Shown piece by piece: positions 1 to 8,563 of a stretch of DNA of 64,000 bases (positions are counted from its first letter, which is position 1; each line of letters begins with the position of its first letter). The translations under genes were made by a program, and so were the position numbers. The stretch comes from Cyanidioschyzon merolae. Lineage: Eukaryota. Under the pieces are notes generated by a model. That model saw only the letters and a list, made by a program, of their open reading frames with translations, was not told the DNA's origin and made no database searches. The stretch lies in assembly GCA_000091205.1 (NCBI GenBank), contig AP006484.2; one strand, written 5' to 3'.

Positions 1-959
1 CCCCATTCCCCCCATTCCCTCCTTTTCCACCATACCCTCTTTTCCCCTCGTTGCCCCCAAATTTTTACGCATTTCCCCATTAATGCGATGATCCCAGCGC
101 GAAAGCATCTGTGATTAAGACGTCTATCAATTTATACTCGTTAGGGTTTTTTCTTCGGTGGTACCATCTGGGCGCCTACGCATCTGTCATATCTTCCTCT
201 CGCCTACCAGAGCCATTAGGGAAATAGCTTCAGAGCTATGCTTGTTTTGGTTTTGACAGAACCTTTCCGATGTCGAGATCGCCGAAATTGCCGGATTGAT
301 ATTGGTTTCGGGAAATCATCCGTCCCGCTGAACTGTTTCTTTATCTTCCGTCGCATTTACTTAATCCCGGCTGTATTGATCATATCTGACTTTCTATCTT
401 GCGCCGTGTACCTGCCGTTAGCACCCCCCGTAGCCTCTCTATCCCCGTTTCCGGTATACTCTTGCAGCAGAGCAGCTCTGGCATACCACTAAGCGCGTAT
501 GTAGAGGCTTCGTTCATGCAACATTTGATCGGGGAGATTTATTTTCTTGGGAGACTCCAAGCCGTTCTTGCAGACCTTTTGCCTGCGGTAGCGTGAAGCG
601 TGCACTATTAGTCCACCGCGAGGAAGCCTACGCGCAGACGCAGCATGCCCGCTTGTAGTCACGAAATCAATTGCTATGCCGATGAGATGCTAAGGTGCGT
701 CACATCACTCTCAACTGAAATTCAGACGGATGCCAGGCGGGTAGAGTCTCCCGGCTCGCAGACCTCCTACCTAAATAGAATTGTTTGACCATACGCGCAA
801 ATTTCTTCCTCTTAAACTTTACAGTAGTTTGCGATGATAGTTGCTGTCCTTTTTGGTACTTATTTTTTTCTATGTCGTGCGCTTTGGTAATGCATTGCGA
901 AATCTGGCCGTCACGTCACTCCACGTGCGTCTCGCCCATCACGAGAAACATGTTAATAT

Positions 960-3350
960 CCTCTTCTGGAGCGACTGCTCTATATGGGCCACTTGCATGT
1001 GCTATGCAATCGTAGCAAAGTACAGTTTTTGCTTCAATGGCGTTTCGGTCTTCAAGTAAGAGTATTCAACTGGTTCTCGCCGTTCGAAACAGAAGCGTCC
1101 AATGAGTTTTTCTCAAAAAAAAAAGTTAGAGTTATGTAATTGTTGATAGTAGGTTTTGGTTGGTCTTTGTTGCCGGATGAAGGAAACGAAACGAGACATA
1201 GTGCCTAGCGAAGACGATCAGGAATGAAGAAGAAGCAAAAGGGGAGACCTTTTGTCGATAGCTGCAATAGTGCCGTCTAGACGACGAGATGGATGTAGAA
1301 TCCTGTCGTTTCCAACATATCAATGACCGGTTTGGCTGAATTTTGCGAGACGCTATCAGAAACAATATCGATTCGTACGCCAGGTATCTTTGTAACTTTT
1401 CTCCCTAAGTCTGAAGCATTTGGAGAGCGACCTGCTTTGCGACGTAACGCACATCGCAAAAGTGATGTTTCCGGAAGTATTTTTTCAAAAGACTTTCATA
1501 ACCCACCTGAATTGTTCTACTGGGGATACATAGAGGAGAAATGAGCGTGTGCATCCCTTCTTCCAAAATTACGCCAAGTACCTCGTCAGCGGTGCTGGAC
1601 ACAAGGGTGACGCAGAATTTTAGGAATACAGGGCAACGATATGCCCCACGAATATGAGGAACCATAAGATCGTAAACATCGATTCTTTAATGATACGCGT
1701 CGTCATTGCGCTGGATCCGGGCCTGTTTCGCGAAGGGATGCGGGCAATCATCGATGGTACCAAGAACAATCGCTTGCATAAACCGGAAATCATATTCGTC
1801 GACAAGAGGTCATCACGGAGGAGAAAGAATGGGGTTTGTGTTATCCGCGCCTCTGTTCTAAACCATCGTTCGATCTTGGGGCTTGTCAACCCAAGAGGAA
1901 AGCTCTCAGATGTAATCAAAAAAGACGAAGTGAGATGTTACTCACTCATTCTGCCCTACTTCATGGTTTTGGACAGAGTACTCGAACGCGAGGCCGAAAT
2001 GGAGCCAACTGTGGAAAAAATGACGGATGGGAGAATCGACATTGATGTGCTTCTCCAGATGCGCTTCATTGTCGTCCAGTTATTCGAGTTCGAGTCACAT
2101 TTTCTGTATATCGACGTTAGAGTCCTTTACGCCTTTATGACAAAGATTTGTCCAGAGCTCGATATTAGCAACGAAGAGGTCACCGGCAAGACCGGACACA
2201 TACTGGAAAAATGTTTTCTATTTCAAGCGTAAGAAACCGGCCAAAAAAAGGTACCACGGGTGCGATCGATAACGATGGGTTATACATACATTGACAATAT
2301 CAGCGGTTGCAGGCACTTCGTCCTATCCCGTCTTCGTTATCGCCATTGCCGAACCACGAAAACAAGAAGAAAGGACACGGGACGTATATCCCCCACGAAA
2401 ACGGCTTTCTCGTCGGCCTTAACCCCTGGAAGAAGGATATCATTACCATCGCTGTACCCAAGCGTGCGGATGATAGTACTGGAGGAAACTTACGTCAGAA
2501 AGAGATGCGTCTGTTTAGGTTTTCGAGGGTGAGATACTACCGATAGTCGGGTATAATGAATGAGAGGAAGGATTTTGAGGCGTGGAACGCAGAAGTGCAA
2601 GAGAACCTTGAGGCTATTAGCTAGGTAACGAGCCGAGGAGCGGACTTACAAGCTTCTTGGGAGTTCCTGGAAGTTCGTGTTGCTCATTGCGTGGCGCTGT
2701 AGGCGGAGTATCCAAATGCCCGGTGGGTTCGTCTACGTATGAATCTATACTGTGAGCATCAGCGTGCGCTAGCGAACTTTTTCAATCAGTTGAGAGCCTT
2801 GAAAAAGGCCGAAAGTCATAGGTGCGTAGTAGCATACGGAACAAGGCGCTGGAAGAACCAAAAAGGAATTACGCCGGCTCCAACGACAAGAACATACAAG
2901 GAGTGCGCAAGGCGTTTCGTCACGATACATGTAGATGAGTTCCGAACCTCGTAGACACACCATGAACTGGGGTGTACATTTCAAAGGGTCGAGATGGAAA
3001 AGTGCCAGCGGAGGCCTGAGGATAGAAAAAAGAACGGACCGCTGACAGACGAGCAAATGGAAAGGAGGTCAAAAGTTCGTGGATTGCGTGCGTTAGTAAG
3101 TACAACCAGTGACGGCAAGAGACGGATGGAGTTCGTGAATCGTGATTTTAACGCCGCTATCAATATAAGCAGATGAGCGGTGCTGGAGAAGAGACCTCCA
3201 GCGTTGACACGAGAGAACTTTGTTGGACAACCTCTCAAAGTCGAACTATATCAGAAGAAGTTGGAAGCAGTAGTGGGTGGCCGCTCCAAAAAGACGGGGA
3301 CGTCTGCACATTGGTTAATGACGTCTAGTCTAGGGCGGGCTTCTCGCCAC
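960..3350 (+). mobile_element. Degraded copy of a ~2.4 kb TnpB/Fanzor-like (OMEGA-family) transposable element, copy 1
   Basis: Nucleotide and protein homology to a second copy at 58270-60770 in the same orientation. Shared blocks include tcaagtaaGAGtattc, aacagaagcgt, caaaaaaaaaa, ttgcgagacgctatcagaaac and the 3' block gtgctggagaa...tctcaaagtNgaactatat...gtctgcac...tctcgcca. The internal ORF fragments carry TnpB-like motifs. Confidence 0.6.
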
Positions 3351-3380
3351 TACTGTACACGGTCCGCATCATCCGTGTGA
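1323..3380 (+). pseudogene. TnpB/Fanzor-like RuvC nuclease gene disrupted by stops and frameshifts; ORF fragments 1323-1544, 1654-2232, 2307-2546, 2739-2954, 2994-3176, 3180-3380
   Basis: Translation gives [21 protein letters not shown], where the RuvC-I Asp is replaced by Asn relative to [15 protein letters not shown] in copy 2. VTIHVDEFRTS is followed by an in-frame TAG at the codon where copy 2 has TAC. RDFNAAINISR carries the RuvC-III D-NAA-NI signature and is followed by TGA where copy 2 reads through. Confidence 0.55.
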
Positions 3381-3436
3381 GTCCACTCGCGCTTCTATTT
3401 CGCTACACTGATTGCTTGCATCTGGAACGATTACCC

Positions 3437-6301
3437 TTACAGAGTTGCGGCCGGCCACTCCGGTCCTTTAAGTCCAAACAAACAACTGGAGACGCCACTC
3501 CAGCCGCCAAAATACTCCATCTGCCATCGCTGCACCGTCCAATACAGTTTGCGCACAGCTTGCGCCGGGTGGAATAGCCCTTGCGTCAGGTAGGCATTCA
3601 GCACTCCTGCGCCCAGCGCTATTCCCAATGCTTGCACCGAAAACGCTACCGCATGTTCTAGGTGCGTGTCTTCCGGCGAAGATACCTGGGCTACGTACGC
3701 CGGCCAGACGTGGTTCAGCAGATGGAGCATCGCCTCCTCGTAGCCGTGCCCCACCAGCGCCAGAGCAAAGTGTCCCGTCGCCTCGCAAGCCAACTGTCGG
3801 TGCGTATCGTAGCGTTCAATCAGCGCCGATTCCAACAAACGCGTCACCGCATACACCTGGAGAGCATTCCACGACCGATTCGCATCACCGGAAAATGCGC
3901 AGTAGAACCCGACGGATTTCAGGATCCCAGTTTGAACATTCTTGTCCTGCTCGCCGATGTAAGCATCCAGCAGCTGCGCTAGCATCCGGTCGGGGCTCTG
4001 TAAGGTCGCTATGGCGAGCGCAACGGATGCAGCGACACGCATCGAGCGATCGGTTTGTCGAAGTGCAGCAAGCAAGGTTTGCCCTAGCGAGTCAATTTGG
4101 CCAAGCACGCGAGCGACGGCACCGTATGCATCAACCGCCCGGTAGCGCACTTGGCGCCGCTGGGCACCGAGCGCTCTTCGAAGCTCCTGGGCAACACGCA
4201 GCCATTCCGAGTCTGGAATACTGGAGCCAGCATGACGAGCAAGCACCATCACAACCAGAGCCGCCGCAGCTTGTACCTCTTCGGCCGGATTTCGTAAGAC
4301 AGGAACCAATCGGGAGAGAATCTCAGCGAATGGAACCTCCGACGGCGGCAGGTAGGCAGTCAAATGGTCCAAAATGGCACCCAGTGCTTCTAACATGGCC
4401 GCCAACGCCTCCGGATACACTTCATTGTAGCACTCTGCGAGGACGATACCCAGACGAGCGAGTGCATCCGCATCTCCGAGTTGCACCCACATGGGCACCA
4501 GTCTGCAGACGAGTCGTGCAGCCTCTGCACGAGTCGCAGCCGCTGCACTCTGTAAACGAGCCACTAGCAAATGCACCAGCGTCTCGGACCACGGTACGAC
4601 GCGGGCACCCAACATCCACAGAATCGAGCTCACGTGGCGGTAGGGAGTCGGCGCAGAACGCCGCAAGCACTGAAGTAGACCCTGGATCAGACGGCGCTCA
4701 GAAGCCGGCTTCAGATCAAGCTGGCCACGCCCGCTCCGCAGCACCTGCCGCACCGTTTCCAGTAACAATAGGACAATCACGGGATCAGCATCCGCCGCGT
4801 CCAAGCAACAAACAACATCATCCGTCAACACAGCAGATACACCAACCCGCTCAGACATAAGTGCCGCCACTCGAGCAAGCCGCCTTCGAACAGCGCTGCG
4901 TGCTGCCGCCCGACAGACGCTTCGCTCCGGTCGCAGGAAACACATCTCCAAAAACTCTCCTAAAACGTTCGATGCTAAGGTGTCTTCGGGTATACTGCCG
5001 TGAACAAGCAGCTGTTCAAGGACACCAACAGCGCAGTGTGTGCGCATCGCACGCATCGTTGGCGCCAAAAGCGCCGCTGCATGAAAGGCGCGTTCCTCCA
5101 ATGGCATGCAGCGAATCAGCGCAGCTGCCGCTGAGAGAAACGCCACCAACGTTCGATCATAATAGGCACGCACGCCGTCCCAAATGGGTGCACGCAGCGC
5201 CTCCAGGGAGGCGGAATCTTGCGCAGACACCACCGTAGCTAGCGCCGCCACAGCACGTGCACCAGCAAGTTTCACGAGCGGATCCGGATCTGAAACAAGG
5301 CGCAGCACGAACTGCACAAAACTTGGTAGATGTGGGTGCAGATCCCCACTCCATCGCGTGGCCAGGAGGCGTAGTGAAAGCGCAGCGGTTTCCCGCGGTA
5401 GCGATCCGTACCGCCGCGAGCTCAGCATCGCTTCGAGAAGCGGTTGTATCGTAGCGAATCCTGCACTGGACGCCAGAAACGCAATGACATGAGCGGCGCA
5501 GAGCCGAATCAGGTACTCTGGTGATTCGAACCAGGGCCGTATAGCTTGGATGATCGGTGCAACGCCGACCAGGCGGAGAAGTGACCTCAGTAGGGAGGTA
5601 TTCTCCGGCGCGTCTGGGTTCATTGCGCGATCCAGGTCGATATATGACGTTGGCGCTTCGTGCTCTCGTCTCGCCTGACGTTCGACGGACTTGTCTTCGA
5701 AGTTTGAGGTTCGGTTTGGATCGAGTTCGGGCAGCCTGCCCAGCATCGTCAGATGAAGGAGCTCGCTAACGTACAACCTGACATGTTCTCCAGCGGCGTC
5801 GGCGAAGCGGGGTAGCGCACGCATCAAAGCCAGCGTCGCCGTGGCGTCCCATTCGCCAGCGCGCCAGAACGCGAAAAGTGTTCGGAAGACACCGCCGGCA
5901 TCGCCTCTGTTCGTGATAGCATAGGTTAGAGCGCGTTGTGCAGCTTTCCGCTCAGCCAGAACACTGGCGTTTTTCAGCTCCAACACGTGCTGCACGATAA
6001 CCTCAGAGGCGTGGTTTTCCCGAACCAGAGCGCCAGCTACCGCCTCGTCCACGGCAGTGCGACACGAACGTAGCGTTGCCACCGACAGCAAACCTTGGGC
6101 TCGAGTCTGTTCAGGCTCAGGTCCATCAGTAGACTTTGATGACTCGGAAACCGTTCCTGATTGCACACTCTCACTACTAGTCCCTGGCACGACACCGTCA
6201 ACAACCACAGTCCAGCGGGTCCGTTTCCGTGCCTTCTGTGGAGCGCTCTGCATCACGACTGGTCCATGGAGTCGTTCAAGCGAGCTTTCCAACGCTTCCA
6301 T
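3437..6301 (-). CDS. SF3B1: Splicing factor 3B subunit 1 (SF3B1/Hsh155)-like HEAT-repeat protein, 954 aa, lacking the canonical N-terminal ~350 aa
   Basis: The C-terminal blocks TGILKSVGFYCAFSG, YAVTRLLESALIERYDTHRQ and QGLFHPAQAVRKLYW align to SF3B1 [35 protein letters not shown] and QGLFHPARKVRDVYW. The protein is HEAT-like LxxAL repeats throughout. The ATG at 6301 is genuine. Confidence 0.8.
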   Translation of the reverse strand: MEALESSLERLHGPVVMQSAPQKARKRTRWTVVVDGVVPGTSSESVQSGTVSESSKSTDGPEPEQTRAQGLLSVATLRSCRTAVDEAVAGALVRENHASEVIVQHVLELKNASVLAERKAAQRALTYAITNRGDAGGVFRTLFAFWRAGEWDATATLALMRALPRFADAAGEHVRLYVSELLHLTMLGRLPELDPNRTSNFEDKSVERQARREHEAPTSYIDLDRAMNPDAPENTSLLRSLLRLVGVAPIIQAIRPWFESPEYLIRLCAAHVIAFLASSAGFATIQPLLEAMLSSRRYGSLPRETAALSLRLLATRWSGDLHPHLPSFVQFVLRLVSDPDPLVKLAGARAVAALATVVSAQDSASLEALRAPIWDGVRAYYDRTLVAFLSAAAALIRCMPLEERAFHAAALLAPTMRAMRTHCAVGVLEQLLVHGSIPEDTLASNVLGEFLEMCFLRPERSVCRAAARSAVRRRLARVAALMSERVGVSAVLTDDVVCCLDAADADPVIVLLLLETVRQVLRSGRGQLDLKPASERRLIQGLLQCLRRSAPTPYRHVSSILWMLGARVVPWSETLVHLLVARLQSAAAATRAEAARLVCRLVPMWVQLGDADALARLGIVLAECYNEVYPEALAAMLEALGAILDHLTAYLPPSEVPFAEILSRLVPVLRNPAEEVQAAAALVVMVLARHAGSSIPDSEWLRVAQELRRALGAQRRQVRYRAVDAYGAVARVLGQIDSLGQTLLAALRQTDRSMRVAASVALAIATLQSPDRMLAQLLDAYIGEQDKNVQTGILKSVGFYCAFSGDANRSWNALQVYAVTRLLESALIERYDTHRQLACEATGHFALALVGHGYEEAMLHLLNHVWPAYVAQVSSPEDTHLEHAVAFSVQALGIALGAGVLNAYLTQGLFHPAQAVRKLYWTVQRWQMEYFGGWSGVSSCLFGLKGPEWPAATL

Positions 6302-6601
6302 ACCCGGTTACGCGGAACCCGACCATAACACAAGGGTCAAAAGAAGCGCAAGCCTGACACAAAACGGTTTGTAGGGTCAACCGGCAGAAACCTGGCGTCA
6401 CGTACGTCCAGCTCGCGCTACCTCGAATGGGCGGGCAACGCGGAACGCTACTTTAGCGAATCGCTGGGTATTCAGGAACCCCTTGGTGACCTCAACTAGC
6501 CGTTAGATAACCAGTTGTTGGCAGTTCGTTGTGAACGAACCTATCGGAGTCACGTCGTCCATTGCGAGCCGACCTGAATCTTGACGTTTTCATGGATCTC
6601 C
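6302..6601. promoter_or_regulatory. Putative 300-bp bidirectional promoter between the SF3B1-like (-) and Der GTPase (+) genes
   Basis: The two ATGs sit head to head at 6301 and 6602 with no ORF between them. No specific promoter motif was identified. Confidence 0.3.
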
Positions 6602-8563
6602 ATGGGTCTTTCACACGTGCGAGCTGCGGTGGTGCTTGCCGGCCGACCTAACGTGGGCAAGTCGGTGCTGTTCAACCGACTCGTTGGCAAGGCCTCGAGC
6701 CTGGTGGACCCTCGAGCGGGCTGTACCCGCGATGTTCGCAGTGCCTATGGTCGGCTTGTGGACCTGCGTTTCCGTTTATTCGATACACCCGGTCTTGAAT
6801 GGCTGCCAGAGCGTGTGCAACGTGGTCGCTTGCCGGCGGCAAACAGCTTGCCTAACAGCAAAGCAGCCTTTGGCGACTCTGGACCAAACCTTATGCAACA
6901 GTTCGCCCACAGCTTGGAGTATTCTGTCGCGTATGAGAGCCTTTACGCCCGAGTGCTTCAGCTGACTGAACGGTTTCTTCGGACCCTGAGCTCTCGAGCT
7001 AAGGACAGGACGCTCGCGCTCTTCCTAGTGGACGCTTCCCAGGGAGTCGTCGCTGCAGATCACCAGATCGCGAGCCTACTTCGCAGACTAGCACTACCCA
7101 CCGTTCTAGTGCTGAATAAGTGCGACATGCGCGCCGCAGACTCTGGCACAGTGGCTTCGTTCGCGGAGTTGGGCTTTCCCTCTAGTGTACCAATCAGTGC
7201 CTTGCAAGGCGAAGGCTTCTCCGATCTATATCACGCAATGCAGCCTTTGGTTGATCACATGAACAGTGACGAGACCGTAGAGGCTTGCCGTGCAAACGCT
7301 CACATATGCGATATTCCGCGCAAACGTGATGCAGAGTGCGCTGCCAACACACACCCTGTTCAACCTGAGCGCGAATTTGCATGCGGTCATGCAGCCTCGA
7401 CGTTGTCACACGACGGCACAACATCGCATGCGGGGCTAGTGTGGAATACCAATGGAGCGGCGCTGATTGCATCCCAAGACACCAGGCTGGCCCCGTCCGC
7501 ACAGCGTCTGGCACTCGAGTCGTCACCGTCCAGCATCGATGAGACTACGACGTGCGCTGCTGACGCGCGTAGCGTGCACCAGACATCGCCGCACGACCCC
7601 CAAGGGACGTTACCTGCGCGGTATCTGACCAGCACTGATACGGCACCGGTATCCGGTGATCCCATGATGGACGAAATAGACAGTCCAGCGGTAGCCGCAA
7701 ACAGTCATCAGATTCGCCTAACCATTGTTGGTCGACCGAATGTCGGCAAGTCGACGCTGGCGAATGCGCTTCTTGGGTACGAGCGTTTCCTGACCGCGCC
7801 GTTTCCGGGCGTAACCCGCGATGCCGTCACAGTGGCCAGCTCACGCTACGGAGGCTTTCTGGTTACGGATACCGCTGGAGCGCGGCGTCGAACTGCGGTG
7901 GCCGGGAGTCGTGCAGCAGACGCAGCACCTGACCCGCTCGAAACGGGTGCCTATGCGCAGATGCTTACGAGTATCGCCACGGCCACTGCTTGTGGCCTAG
8001 TACTCGATGCAGCGGAGATTGCTCTAGCCTTGCAGCAGTCGAAGGACCCTCGCCGTTTGCTGACTAGTATGGAGCACAGTTTGATCCAGGAGGCCACGGA
8101 GTTACAAGGAAAGCCGCTTCTACTCGTGCTCAACAAGACAGACCTTCTCGAAAACAAGGAGCAGCAGAGAAACGTTGAGCGAGCTATTCGTACGAGACTA
8201 CAGAGTAGCGCTCCGGAGGCGCGCCATGCACCGATCATCGGCCTGAGTGCGGCGTGTCTTTCTGAAGATGATGCTGGGAGCCTCTTTTGCACCGTGCGTG
8301 AGCTTGTGCATTTGTGGAGTGGCTCCTGGTCTAGAGGCGAGCTCTCTCAGTGGTTATTTCAGGCGACGAGGCGCTATTCGCCACCAGTGCATGCCAAATT
8401 TGCCTATATGATACAAACTGGCAGGCGGCCTCCGGTCTTCACTATATTTGGGGTAGCGGAGCATTACCTGTCGCCGGTCTATCGAAGAACGCTTTTGAAT
8501 GCGCTCAAGCTCGATTTCGGGCTGCAGAAAGTCCCCGTCAAACTTTGCTTTCGAAGTCACTAA
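6602..8563 (+). CDS. der: Der/EngA-type double-GTPase (bacterial-type ribosome-assembly GTPase, presumably organellar) with a ~170-aa low-complexity linker
   Basis: Two G domains are present: AVVLAGRPNVGKSVLFNRLVG...TRD...DTPG and IRLTIVGRPNVGKSTLANALLG...VTRD...DTAGARRR. There is a C-terminal KH-like tail (PPVFTIFG...YRRTLLNALKLDFGLQKVPVKL). The ORF-track start at 6581 is TTG and the first ATG is 6602. Confidence 0.8.
   Translation: MGLSHVRAAVVLAGRPNVGKSVLFNRLVGKASSLVDPRAGCTRDVRSAYGRLVDLRFRLFDTPGLEWLPERVQRGRLPAANSLPNSKAAFGDSGPNLMQQFAHSLEYSVAYESLYARVLQLTERFLRTLSSRAKDRTLALFLVDASQGVVAADHQIASLLRRLALPTVLVLNKCDMRAADSGTVASFAELGFPSSVPISALQGEGFSDLYHAMQPLVDHMNSDETVEACRANAHICDIPRKRDAECAANTHPVQPEREFACGHAASTLSHDGTTSHAGLVWNTNGAALIASQDTRLAPSAQRLALESSPSSIDETTTCAADARSVHQTSPHDPQGTLPARYLTSTDTAPVSGDPMMDEIDSPAVAANSHQIRLTIVGRPNVGKSTLANALLGYERFLTAPFPGVTRDAVTVASSRYGGFLVTDTAGARRRTAVAGSRAADAAPDPLETGAYAQMLTSIATATACGLVLDAAEIALALQQSKDPRRLLTSMEHSLIQEATELQGKPLLLVLNKTDLLENKEQQRNVERAIRTRLQSSAPEARHAPIIGLSAACLSEDDAGSLFCTVRELVHLWSGSWSRGELSQWLFQATRRYSPPVHAKFAYMIQTGRRPPVFTIFGVAEHYLSPVYRRTLLNALKLDFGLQKVPVKLCFRSH

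Noticed and set aside
3628-4860. 410-aa plus-strand ORF, with similar long antisense ORFs at 22300-23448, 22505-23164, 45091-45828, 45544-46116, 52320-52901 and 17254-17877
   Set aside because: Each lies antisense inside a well-supported conserved gene and is Arg/Pro/Ser/Ala-rich. This is the typical open-frame artefact of GC-rich coding DNA.
6581-6601. ORF-track starts labelled M at 6581, 10529, 20308, 24619, 32981, 53692 and 56208
   Set aside because: These are TTG or GTG codons. In a eukaryotic nuclear context I re-anchored the CDS to the first in-frame ATG.
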